Positions 1-11,827 of a DNA stretch of 64,000 nucleotides are shown here, in pieces (position 1 is the first letter of the stretch; the number at the start of each line of letters is the position of its first letter). A program made the translations under genes and the position numbers. This stretch comes from Takakia lepidozioides. Taxonomy: Eukaryota > Plantae > Bryophyta. The stretch is taken from positions 31,124,001 through 31,188,000 of the forward strand of contig CM060731.1 of NCBI GenBank assembly GCA_030704615.1. The letters are read 5' to 3'. The notes below the pieces were generated by a model, which did not search any database, was not told the origin of the DNA, and saw only the letters and a program-made list of their open reading frames with translations.

Positions 1-2228
1 AATCTATAGAATATTCTAGTTTGCTTGCGTGAGCATGCGCACACGGTACCCAACCTCAGCATGACCACTTTCCTAACGCTGTCCTAACTGCTGTCGGAGC
101 ACAGAGTGAACACGTGCATGTGAACACAACTCATGGTTATAGGAGTAACACTCTCGGTAATTCAACAAAAATGCAAGGAGTACTCAGATTATTGAGTTTA
201 GGAGGGTTTTGTTGGCGGAAAAAACTGAAAAAAGAATCCAGAAACAAAAAAGATAATTATGCTAGAGAAACTCATTGTGCTCACGTGAGCAGATATCCAG
301 TTACAATAAGCACTTTGGATCCCTTGCCAACAATTCGAGAATATATTGTGGCTACAAACATCAAAAAGTTTGGGTTGCGTGAACGTATTCTCAGTTTCTA
401 TGTAGAATATTCTCAGAATAATTTGGGATTCTAGGGAGTATTTTGTTCTGCTCGAGTGAGCATGCTCTTGGCATGAGAACTCTCCGAAACATGAAATATT
501 TTGAGTTTGGATAGTTTCGTTGGCGAAATAAAAGCAAAAAATAAACTGAGAGGAAAAAGGAAAAACTGAAATCATACAGATGGTTTTGCAGGAGAGCATA
601 TTCTCAAAATCAATTGTGGGTGTATATTATCGCGAGAGCAAAGTTTTTAGTAGTTTTCTTGAAAATATTTTTCAGATAGTTTCACGATTTTGGAATGTTG
701 TTGAATCTTTTGGAGAATATTTGGAAGTATTCCTCTCAGGGGCTACCCAAACATCCTACTAAAAGGTTAGCTTAACTCTTGTTCACCGGTCCTCTCCCCT
801 TCTCCCTCCACCCTTTCCTAGCCTCCTTCCTCTACGTCATAGCCATAGGAGCAGATGAGGAGACAATTTGCAAAGGGCAGCTGCTTGAAAACCGTGCGCC
901 AATTTAGATTTAGCACTTGGGTGGGGGTACTACTGAAAGACAAGGGTGGTGCTATGTGCAGCTATTTCCAGATCTTCATAAAGATCCGGGGGTCAATCCT
1001 TCAACCGTCCATTGGGCCCTCAAAGGCATGTGCATTGAGCAGTAGGCTCTATAAATTTGCTGGACATTACACTTCAACTTTATCTGGTAGAGAACTATGT
1101 TTAGTAGCGATCCCACAGGGTGTAAAGTGTAAAGTTAACCAGTCAAGGGTCAGGCAGCTGAGTTTTTGAGCTGGATTGACAAAAGTGCGCTATCTAGTTC
1201 AGAGACCTTGCTTGTTTTGTAGTGTCAATGAGGAGGTGCTTATAGTCCAGTAGTCCAGATCATACTAGAACCTGTTGAACCAGGATGCATTCAAGTAAAT
1301 TTGCTGCATCATTCCCATTACTTGATTCAGATCTGCTAACCGCACTCCAAATTTGGTCAAAACTACAGCAAATGTAGAGAGTGCAACAGGTGGGCAGCCT
1401 CCAGTTGCATATTGATTGTTTTGGGGGGCCAGGACAAGCTTTGCAGCCCCTGACAGCACAAGCCTGAGAGGGACAGTCCCAAATCAGGGAACTTGAATCA
1501 ATCAAATTAGTAATCATTCACTGAAAGAAAATTGTGACTTCTTCAGGCATTCCTATGAAGGAAGAGGATGCAGTCAATTCTAGGGCCACTAGGAGTGAAA
1601 ATGTATCCAGAGTTGGGATGCACCTGAGAAGAATGACCACTCTCTCCAATTTGCCTGGTGCGACAAGAATGCAATGACGCTGAACATCACTGCTTCACTG
1701 ATTAAGAATATAGTGGAAACATCAGTAGCCAAAGTTCAACAACAGGAAGTACACCCAGAAATGTTCTTACCTCTTCTGCTGCTCCCCATGGAATGGAGGG
1801 AGGGAGGAAGGAATGTAGTTTATTAATGCCACTGGAGCCAAGAAGGGCTCTATGGGACAGCAACACACAACAGCCAAGCTTAGAAGCCCTCTCTGTTAAA
1901 GAGCAGATGCTTCTTTTAAAAACCTGCTGATTAGCAAATGTTAGTTTGAAGAGAAAAGACCTCTCAAACTTGTAGTACAAAAGTCTACTTACTAACATCT
2001 CGCATCACCCTCCCCCAGGTGGGTGGAAGTGAAAAATGACATGGCCTTCACCTCCTCTGGTGTCTTTGCACAAGAGATGTAAGCAGGCCACACTTGTGAT
2101 TCATAACAAACCAGGACTGGAGCAGCACCCTCCCGGGTAGCTGCTACACAGAAGTACCAGGTTACTGTACCCAACAATGTAACCGAAAAGCTTACCCTGG
2201 TTATGCTTAACGCTAGTTACAGTAAGTG

Positions 2229-4661
2229 CTAATGTGAATAGCTGTGAGATGGAGACACATCAGGTATCTGCCTCCACTGTGTGCCCTCATTATATGCTCC
2301 TGAAGGCTGAGCAAACTTTTTTCTCAGAAAAATAAGAGCTAGAACTGCGATAAGTACCACTGCAATTGAGATAACCAGCCAAATTTGGCGGGGCAGGCCA
2401 AAAAGATTGTGTTGGGTTGATTTCTCTGCAACTGCAGCCAGTTTGGTACGAGCTGTGTTGCCCCGTGCTGCTTTTGCTGCCCCTACTTTTGCCCTTGCTT
2501 TTGGGGAAGATGAGGCCCCTGACCGCCGTGGATTGTTATTTACCTTTTTCTCTTCCCTCAAAGGTGCCTCAACTTCTTGCACATCCTCACTGCTTTCGGA
2601 GGGTGGCGTTGTGTCCAATGGGCTAGATGTCTCTGTGGATACTGCTGCAGCAGCTTTCTTGCGAGCTTTTTTCTCCTTCTCCTTCTCCCTCCTCTCTGCC
2701 TCCTTCTGGGCCCGAGCCAGTGCCTTCGACTGCGACCGCTCTGCCATGCGGCGCTTCCGCTCCTCTGCCTCCTTGGCTTTCACCATCTCCTCTGCCCGCC
2801 GCTTCTCCTTTGTCTCTGCTGCCTCCTTCTCACTCTCAAACTGGGTTGTATCTTTTTCTACGGAGTCACTACTGCCAACCGTCACTGACACAGAGGGCTC
2901 TGCAGCTGTTTCTTCAACCTGTTTCTCTCTGGAAAGAGTTGGCTCCGTGATCACATTCGAAGTCAACATTTTGCTATCCTTACCACCTACTGCCTTGGAT
3001 TTCCCACCCTTCACTTGTACATCAGCTCTCCCCGCGCTCCCTGCCTGTGGGGCATCATCAGCAGATGCTGTCTTGGCCTGGGAATCAAGAGCACTGGGGG
3101 CTCCATCAGTGTAACTGGAAAGCAGCGGAGGTTCCTCATCTGGACCCAGAGAACGCCCATCCAGGGTCTCCAGTCGCCTCAACGTACTCCTCTCATTATT
3201 CTTTACATAATTAGCACGAAACTCAGCATTGCTATTCCAGAGCGCAAGCATTTGTTCCACCTGTGCATTACAAAACACTTCTACTGCCTTCTTGTCATTC
3301 CTCTGAGCAATTTGTTTTGCTGTCTGGATTTCCCGCTTATTGTTAAAGAAATCATCATTTCGTGCATACTCTCGATGATTAAGAGAGTGGACAGCCTCAT
3401 AAGCCTCCTGTCTTGATCGATTGGCCACAGCCAGCTGCTCCTGAAGATCGCGCAGGGCGTTCTCCACCTGCCTCAACTCTTTCTCGATGGTGAGTCTATT
3501 GCTACCGGCTGCATGTAACTCCGACTCCAGCTCCTTGTACTTCTCATTCAAAGGTTTCAGCTGCTCTTCAATGCCCTCCCGTTGTCCCAGAGACTCGCTG
3601 ACTTCGGCGTAGAATGCTGCGTTGGCCCGGACCTGCTCGCGTGATGCTCCTAGCTGCTTTATGTCCCGTAGCAGCTGCTTCTCCTCGCGCAGGGGCATAC
3701 TCTCATGCTGAATCCTGTACTCCAAGTACGCTATCTGATCATCAAGATCCCCTTCTGACATAGGTAGGTCCCGACCCCTCTCGCGCGCCATGGTATTCAG
3801 TCTTTTGAGTGATGCTTTGAGGGGAAGCATTTCCTGCTGCTTGGCTCGAAATACGTGCAGGCACTCCCCCTCATGCTGCCTCGCAGCTTTCCACCTATCC
3901 CGCACCTCATTGCAGCTTGTCTTCTTCAGATGCATCGCTGCGTTGATCAGATCACGTTCATCTGTCTTCTCTTTAAGACGCTGTTGTGCCACAATAAGCT
4001 CGTTTCTGCCTTTAGTGTCAAGAGACCTCGGCACTCGCACCATATAAAAAAAGTGCTGCCTCCTCGGGGCTTGCTCCAACCCTCTCCCTTCAGGCTCCGG
4101 CCCAGATCCAAGCACACCACTCCCAGCAACTTCCCAGCCCGAATTGCCATTAGGAATACCTACAGGACCATCCACGCTTGTCCATCCAGACACCGAAGTT
4201 CCTCCAGCCACAGTCCAGCCACTATCAGCCTCTGCGTCGGCGTTGCCAATAGGGATCTCAGGGCTTCCTTTGCTGACTTCAGTAACCGCTTCGTCTCTCA
4301 CCTCCTCCAAATCATTCTCAATTGGGTTTGCCTCTACTTCAGCAACACTGTCCGTTGCCTCTGCCTCGGACGCATCTGCCTCAGGAACAGTCTCCCCCTC
4401 CCTCGCTGTCTCCTCAGAGACATGCCCATCATCGCTCCCATTTGTAAATGTCACCGCCGTTTCCTCACTCACCCTGCCATTTTCCACCGCCTCCTCCTCT
4501 GTTGCAAGGGGCACATTCAATCTCCCCGAATTCTTCTTTCCCTTGCCCCCGACAGCAGAAGGTGACAGAGGCCCATCACCCACGTTACCCACAACCGATT
4601 TCCTCGGATTCCCAGTCTCCACATCATCAGATCCAAGTTCCGGTAGCATCTCTGCCCCCAT
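2229..4661 (-). CDS. PPI1: Proton pump-interactor (PPI1/BIP-like) coiled-coil protein with C-terminal transmembrane anchor; single coding exon
   Basis: Uninterrupted ORF; first ATG at 4661 (MGAEMLPE). Acidic N-terminus, then HFFYMVRVPR, IQHESMPLREEKQLLRDIKQL, FCNAQVEQMLALWNSNAEFRANYVKNNERSTLRRLETLDGRSLGPDEEPP, KAKEAEERKRRMAE...KEAERREKEKEKKARKK and a hydrophobic tail (IWLVISIAVVLIAVLALIF). These match plant PPI proteins as I recall them. Confidence 0.85.
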   Translation of the reverse strand: MGAEMLPELGSDDVETGNPRKSVVGNVGDGPLSPSAVGGKGKKNSGRLNVPLATEEEAVENGRVSEETAVTFTNGSDDGHVSEETAREGETVPEADASEAEATDSVAEVEANPIENDLEEVRDEAVTEVSKGSPEIPIGNADAEADSGWTVAGGTSVSGWTSVDGPVGIPNGNSGWEVAGSGVLGSGPEPEGRGLEQAPRRQHFFYMVRVPRSLDTKGRNELIVAQQRLKEKTDERDLINAAMHLKKTSCNEVRDRWKAARQHEGECLHVFRAKQQEMLPLKASLKRLNTMARERGRDLPMSEGDLDDQIAYLEYRIQHESMPLREEKQLLRDIKQLGASREQVRANAAFYAEVSESLGQREGIEEQLKPLNEKYKELESELHAAGSNRLTIEKELRQVENALRDLQEQLAVANRSRQEAYEAVHSLNHREYARNDDFFNNKREIQTAKQIAQRNDKKAVEVFCNAQVEQMLALWNSNAEFRANYVKNNERSTLRRLETLDGRSLGPDEEPPLLSSYTDGAPSALDSQAKTASADDAPQAGSAGRADVQVKGGKSKAVGGKDSKMLTSNVITEPTLSREKQVEETAAEPSVSVTVGSSDSVEKDTTQFESEKEAAETKEKRRAEEMVKAKEAEERKRRMAERSQSKALARAQKEAERREKEKEKKARKKAAAAVSTETSSPLDTTPPSESSEDVQEVEAPLREEKKVNNNPRRSGASSSPKARAKVGAAKAARGNTARTKLAAVAEKSTQHNLFGLPRQIWLVISIAVVLIAVLALIFLRKKFAQPSGAYNEGTQWRQIPDVSPSHSYSH

Positions 4662-7600
4662 CCACAGCCCTAGCACAAGCAGTTCACGATAAAAGCCCCG
4701 TCTTTGAACCTGCAAACCAAACCACAAGCTGATCTTAGCCTTGCAGATCCAACTACCTTTGCCAGTGAACACAAAATGTGTGCGGAGTGTAGACAGACAC
4801 CTTCGAATCCGATGCCAGCCAGATCTGATGCTTCAGCAAAGCTGCCTGATATTGAAACCACGCTCCCCCACAAACCCACTCGCGATCTAACCTCGTATAC
4901 CCTAACCGCGCATGCTCAGACGAAGGAGGTTGCCATTCAGAGATCTGAATTGCATCACAACCAACACTCTCAGATCACTGTTGCTGCGGATGACACTGCG
5001 ACAGAAGAGTAACTGCAGACGTAGACTAGACCCTCCAATTTTCTCTCGTTGCTTTCTAGGGCACGTTATATCCCCGAGGCTCGAAGTTGCATCACTGTAG
5101 ACCCGCCCTCCCTTGGGGGATCTTCCACGTCACACTGCTGCGTGGGGTGTTACCTGCAGGGAGGTAGTTTTTCTGTACAGCTGTACATTTACATCGATCT
5201 GGGCCGTAGAGGTTCTCCGTCCCTTACAGCACAGGGGAGGAGGCTTTTTCTTGAGGGACTGACAGTACCCACAAACAGATCACACCAGTGTACAGTGTAT
5301 CTAAAGATACCATGTTGAAAATCGTAGATAGAACAACAGAAGAGGATTGATAGAAGCTCTCCACCCAACCATAGAAGCACACAGCATGAACAATTGATTT
5401 GTGGCTTCACCCCGTGCTTCTTATATTCTAGCTAGGCTAAAAGCAATCACTAAGACTTGCCTTTTATTAGACCTACTTTTACTATATATGTCAAGTAGTC
5501 CCAGAATGGACTAGCTTTAACTTTGAGTATGGAGAAGAAAGATGGGGAGAGGGAGAGCACAGGTCATGTGTCCGTCTGTGTATACTCGATTCTTACGTTA
5601 TTGCCCACTTGAGCTACTTCCTCGGATTCGAATCCTACTACCTTGCTGTGTAAGGTAGTATCTTCTGACTTCTTGTGAGGGACTCCTCCTAGGTGGATTC
5701 ACACGTCTCTGCTTTTTAGCTTTGTGTACTGGTAAGAGTGAGGACAGATGGCAAGCCTGGGAAGACGGTGGCTCACAAGGGTGGTGGTCCAATCGTGCTG
5801 TACACCCTGCTCCAGCGTTTGGGTCTCTCTCCACTCTCTGGGTTTTTTTTTTGGAGAGATGAGGGGCTCATTATTTTAGATGTAACAGATTAGATGATAG
5901 AGCACAGGACTGTCTATAGGTGATGGAGACAACTTTCCACTCACTCAGAAAGCTTCGATTGCGGAGAATGTTGTATCAGGTCCGTGTCAGTTTCTGAACG
6001 TTCTGTAAATTGAAGTCCTGTCAACACTGTGCGAACAAGATGGGGTTTACTGTTGGTTGGGAGAAGGGTGTTAAAACATCAGGATTGTTGTGGCACAAGA
6101 ACTCATGCATCCTGCAAGGCCTCTAGCGATTTTGCTGCAGGACTTGTGTGTGGGTTGATTTGAACAGCAAGATTGCAGAGGTTGGGACAGGACCAAACGT
6201 TGCCTTCTTGGCATGACTCTTTTCATGTGGACATCCTTGATGGGCTTTTCTCGAGCAATGCATATTCCGACATCACTACATTAATCCCTTTTTCTGGGCC
6301 GTTTGGTTCCCCCTTTCCCTGTGCAGGTTTCATTTACTGTGTAACACGAATGTTTTGCTAGGTGGTCGGGATTTTGCTTGGCCCCTACTTAGCCTTTTAT
6401 GCCCTAGCTATTGTTGGGATGTCAGCTGTTGTTAGCAGAGTAAATCAAGCGAGATCTGGTCCTTAGCTGTGCATTCAAATGAACATGGAACCGATATCTG
6501 TGGCGGTAATCTCTTTCCTTCGATCACTCACGGGTGCATGCGTCTGTGTAAACTACTATGCTAGCCATAAACCTGGCTATCCTTTCCACAAAGGTTCTGA
6601 CAGTCTCCCTGCATCTGCCCCCAGCACACTGACCTCAATTTTCTCTTCAAGGGAGCTGATTTATGTCGATAGGTGTATACGCAGGATAAGTGAGGATGTA
6701 TAACCCAGCCATTCTCATGTAATGCCTTTGGCCGGTTAACATGGTCGTAGCCCATCCACGCCAAGCTTGCTCTACGTGAAAGGGAAATCTCGATTCCTAC
6801 AATATTTAGCAGGGGCCAGCTCTTTAGTACTCCAACATTTTCTCATGAGCATGATGGGGGATTGATCTGCAAACGTTCCCTTGACTTTTGGCAATGTAAA
6901 TGGGTGGCTAAACAGTGTTGTCACGGGTCCTTTGATCTGCTTTTGCTTTTTTATGATCACAGTTCTTTCGAGAGAGCAATGTATGAGAGCTAGGATGTCT
7001 GTGTGGTCATTGATGACTCTGGAATCAAAGCCTTGATAATACATCTTTCATGAGAACATGATGATGAAGGGTTCTTTGAATATACATATGGAAGTCAAGA
7101 GAGTTCAGGTTGCAACACAACTTGCAGTTTTTGACATGCATGTGTGAAATGAGTTTGAGCTGGGACGAACCCCTTGTATTCTGACTGTGACTTCCCGAAT
7201 TGCATTAGTGCATCCTGGATCCCGGCATATCTCCACAGCTTTGACATGCGGCAAATGATTAACGAGAATGTAAAATGTTAGAGTTTTGCTTCTGCACTAT
7301 CACTACAATCTGCGATCAACGATTCGTATCTGTGAAGGCGAAAGGTCAGGGAGAGACCTGGAGCTGCCAACTGAAGGTTACACTCATTTATGCAGGCACG
7401 AACAGCACCGTTCTTCTTCTTCTTTACTACAGGAAATCTGCAAGAGCTTCTGCATTACTTCAACTGAGATATACATTTAGTTTTCGCATGTACTTCAAAG
7501 GACAGATTCGCAAAATTATAGTGTGTTTCGTGCTTCTGTGTTTGAACTTTCCGGGAAGTCTTTTTGGCTCTTCAAACACTTGGATGTGATCGTGTTGAAA

Positions 7601-8181
7601 AGGATGTCACCGCCAGGCTTTGGCATCCTCCTCCCTCTCCCACAAAACTCAGTTGGCCAAGTTTCTTCTTTACTATATGTTTGAGAATTTTATGTTTGTT
7701 TCTCCCAATTTCTCTTTCTTCCGCTACGTGGGTGCAGTGCTATTCCGAGTAGGCTTCCTTCAATTGTTCGCTATTGTGGCATACGAATTCTGGGAAGCTG
7801 TGCCCCCTTCAATCTCCCTTGTTGGTACGATTGTCTGGAGACTAGAAATTGGGGGAGGAAGGAGTTTATGAAGCGGGTTGTGATTTTCCATTAGAATTTC
7901 TGACTGGCACGCGTCTCCTTCGATCTCCTTCTGGGTTTTTTAGCGCAACTTTCTGACCAGAGCTATGGCTATGGTCACTGGCGCTGTCGCTTCGTCCCCC
8001 GCCTCGCCCTCTGCTCCATGTGACTTGGCCTTACACGAGGCCACCACAACTGTAAAGACCTTTGGCCAGATTGACCAGGAAGGAGATAGCGATTCATTCT
8101 ACAAATTTCAAGTCGACTTTTCTGGCGTGTGTTTTGATCGACTTTTGCAGATCTTGCCACAGGTAGAGGCCGTGTTGAAGA

Positions 8182-11073
8182 ATGTCAAACAACGAGACCT
8201 ACGCCAGGCTAACGCTGCAGGATAGCAGAGATTCTCAAGTGGTGTATGTGTGTGGGATTTGGTTTACCTCAGATTTCAGCGTCTCCATCTTGGATGGCAG
8301 TCATGCTTATCTCCTCGCTGGTACTCTTGCAGCCTTCCCCACTCAACAACGATGCAGATCACTCGAGGTTGCCCACTCTAGATTAATAATATGGAGTGTT
8401 CGTCAACTGCTACTTTTTCCATGCTTTCTTCCCGCCATCAATATGAGTACATTGACAGTCTAGAAACAATTACCAGGGCCAGTGGGAGGCAATCACCTAG
8501 AAACACACAGAGCTCAAGATTTGTAGAGCCGTGTCAAGGACATGAATTTTGACATTGAGGGATTTTTCCTCTCAAGACAGAGAGGGGGTTTCTGAGAGGA
8601 AGGGGAAACCACCTAGAGACTAAGCCTGGAGTAGGAAGTCAGGGATGGACAAATGACGTCTGGTATTGGATACATGCATTAGATTATTTATGCACAGTCG
8701 TGTACGTATCACACGCTCCAGAAATTAGATGAGGTATGAATTGATGAATCCATTCTGTGGGGTGTACTGGTGGGCAGCTTCCAAAGAGATTGTTGAAGCA
8801 GGTGCCAGGGAGTTGCATATATCAGAGATCGAGTATCTGGACCAACTGCACATCTATCTCACTAAACAGTATCCGCATGTCGCCTACCGCTTCTCGTCTG
8901 TCGGCGATGACAAACTTGCAAGTCTTTCACCTCTGGACATATCTCCACTCTCCTTCATCTTTAACTAGTGTACAAATATTAGGCACCAGGCCGATCCCCA
9001 TCCAGTTAGTGATGTCTCTTTTTCAATTCAAAGTTTCAAATTGTGTGGTTGTCTGAAAATTTCGTAGTTCAGGTATATCATGACTTCCAACAAGAGGGAG
9101 AGGGAGAGGGAGAGGGAGAGGGAAATGGAGATGTATACATACACAAAAATCAGATTGTGATTGCCATGTATAAGTTGAAGACATGTAGTCAGATTGGTCT
9201 GGGTGGAGGAGCAAATTAAAGTGGGGTAGAAAGAGGGAGACAGGTTATACTCAGAGATGGCTTCATCAATTTTAGAAAGAAAGATCCCAAGTTTGAAGTA
9301 ACGATCAACGTGCAAATATTGAATACAGTTACCACATGCTTTGCGCAGTTGACATGCTCTGTGAACAAGGAGGGCGTGGTGCCGCGCACATTCAAGTTAA
9401 CCTTGAGGAAAGCCCCTGAAATTGGAAGAGCTGCATTTGAAATCATGGGTCGGTTGATGAATGCCTACACTAGACAAAAAGTGAGTGAGTCCAAGGTTGT
9501 GGATCTTGGAGATTTCATGCATTTTCTCAGAGATTTCAAGCGCATCTGGGTCAGCAGTCACCTAAGCGTAACCAATCAATCCATAGGAGCAGGGCTTGAG
9601 TCGTATTTGATTCTTCCCGCATTCCCCTGGATGTTGTCATTTCTTTGAGCTTTCTGCGGACGTTGTAAAGTTCCATTTCATGTCATTTCATTTCTTCCTT
9701 CTGAACACTTCTTCTTCTATTGCCCTCTATACTACGAGATCCGTGGGAGATTCAACTGTCTATTCTGTGCAACCCAATCTGTCACTGAAGTTTTCCCTTA
9801 TGAGGATCAGAAATGCTTGGCAGCTTATCTGCATAAGGCCTTGGCCCTTAGGCAATCCCTTGAGCAGTAGTTGCTTCTAGGCTGCTTTTGGTTTTGTCTC
9901 TTCTTTCCTGTTTTCCCCTTTTGTCCCAAAGCTCTTTGAGCTTTCCGCGGACGTTATAAAGTGCCATTTCATTTCATTTCATTTGTGTGTTTTTGTGACG
10001 ATCCTGATTCTTGATGTGAGTAGGAAGAACTGGCACGCAAGACACGTGAAAACGAGCGAAGAAAAGCGGAGGCAGAAGTCTTGCTTGCTCAAATTGGAAG
10101 ACACGACGATGACAAGCGGGAAATGGCTAGAAGATCTTGCACTGAATCTCAGTCCTACGAGGATGACAAGCCCCAGTTTCCTCTGGGATGCTGCTTTCAA
10201 ATTGAGAATAACAAGGATGAGGAGACACTGTGTAGTTGTCAAATTGAGAATTACAACAATGAGGATTACACTCAAACTGAGAATCCTGAGGATGAAAACA
10301 GGTTGGGACTGGAGGCTGAGATACTTGGGCTGGCGATGGAGGGGGAGAAGGAACTGGAAACCTTTAAAAGGCCCACTAATTTGGACAGATTTAGAGCAGG
10401 AGGCAGGGCTTGGAATCAAACTAAGGAATTGAAGTATGGAGAGAGGCAAGAAGAGGCCAATATCTGTGAGCTACTTGGGAGGGAGACCCAAAACAAGACG
10501 GGTTCTGGTTTCGATGCTAGAGGTCTTGAACACTTCAATACCCCACGGGCACTGGTGGTTCCACCAGCAAAGGGCACTGAAGCACTTGTTCAAAATTTAA
10601 CATGTGAAGAGACGTGTGAGTTTTGCAACATAGATGATAATGATCCAAACAGGAGCAGTTCCAGTAGTGGATTTCAAATTGAACACCTGCTCAGTAATGC
10701 CAGCAGCAGTGCATATAAGTCAGGGGAACCTGAATATAGTATGGAGGTGGAGGACAACATATTTGACCTGCTTGAAAAGACGAAAGTCTCAGAGGCTGAT
10801 ATACTGGAATTGCTCGAAAAGTGGCAGGTGGAGACTAAGAGACTCCAGCAAATGAGGAAGGGGAACTCAGGTGATGCACATGGGGTGACTAGAATGGCCA
10901 CTGTGGGAGGGAGCAACGACAAAGGCGTCCTACCCAGGAAAGATATGCAAAGGTCTGCAGAAATCGTTATGCCTGCAGCTGCAGGCAGAAGTTACACATC
11001 AGGTGCATTATGTGATTGCTTTGATCATTCAGGATGGGAGAAAAAACATCAGCACCCACGGATTTCTGAGTAA
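8182..11073 (+). CDS. Divergent XRCC4-like protein; exons 8182-8320, 8778-8917, 9349-9480, 10024-11073
   Basis: Phase-compatible splicing gives ETYARLTLQ..VYVCGIWFTSDFSVSILDGSHAYLLAASKEIVEAGARELHISEIEYLDQLHIYLTKQYPHVAYRFSSVGDDKLLTCSVNKEG..FEIMGRLMNAYTRQKEELARKTRENERRKAEAEVLLAQ. This aligns by eye with plant XRCC4 (IFVKGTW..FDISVTDG..EY...YLGFQQP.SVYSF..LSWTFEKEG..LDFLMEAN..EEVVNKTRSFEKMRSEAERCLAQ). The 3' end of the last exon is uncertain. Confidence 0.75.
9646..9972. repeat. Pair of ~36-bp direct repeats in XRCC4-like intron 3
   Basis: tgagctttctgcggacgttgtaaagttccatttcat at ~9646 and tgagctttccgcggacgttataaagtgccatttcat at ~9937. Confidence 0.7.
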
Positions 11074-11488
11074 GGATTTGATGGATGAATGCCAATTGGA
11101 AGTGGACTACTAAGAAAGTTCCAGAAAGCACAAGAAGTGCCACTAACTAGTGGCGCATTTGACCTTAGATTCTCATTCTGGGGACTAGCATCTGATGCAT
11201 GTTTCACCACATCATTGCTAACTTGGTCAGGTTTAGCCTTAGAGGAGCGTCTGGGTGGCTTCACCCTTGTGAAGAGTACTCCAGAGGCGCACGGGTTAGA
11301 CAGAGCTGCTGGAGAATGGTTAGATTGGTATCTAAAGTGTTGAGTTGTCATATGGCCACACTATTGTGTTTGAAGCTGGACAAGACTCCTTTCATGTGGC
11401 ATTTTCTTGGAGCTGGAACAAGCAGAAGACCACACGGGGAAAAAGGGCTCAGGTTGTCCTTTTCGCCCCTTTCTTTTCCCAAGCCTGT

Positions 11489-11827
11489 CCGGGGTTCTCT
11501 CACCAAAGAGACGCTCTCTTCAAATCTATTAAGGGAATTGTGCCTGTACCCCTGTTTACCAACTTTGAAAGTCTCGAGGCTGAGCCAAAAGCCCAGGCCC
11601 TCCTGAGGCCTAGTTTTTGGGCTAATCACACACAGCAGATTGATACTTGTGTGAAGGGATTTCTAGAGGATATCTGGAAAACCCGGATTAATTCTTTATA
11701 TGGAGGTAAGTCTTACTACCAACGTCAGCCCCTGACAGAGGTAGGTTCTGTCCCTTTTGTTCCCGCTCAAACTGGGCGCGGGGTCAATGGCCACAAGGCT
11801 ACGGCAAACAACGTCTTATGAGTACAA
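11489..11827 (+). mobile_element. 5'-truncated LINE 3' end with 17-bp TSD
   Basis: Near-identical to the 3' end of the LINE at 49755-54386 (…GTCTTATGAGTACAA). Flanked by TCTTTTCCCAAGCCTGT (11472-11488) and TCTTTTCCCCAGCCTGT (11828-11844). Confidence 0.9.

Noticed and set aside
1-770. Possible LTR or repeat end at the window start
   Set aside because: Only short internal similarities (gtgagcatgc), and the sequence is cut by the window edge.
2407-4732. Long + strand ORFs opposite PPI1, and similar antisense ORFs over the PPR and LINE sequences
   Set aside because: Antisense shadows of real coding sequence.
5313-6078. Solo LTR candidate (TGTTG…AAACA)
   Set aside because: No matching TSD or second LTR is visible, so the boundaries cannot be supported.
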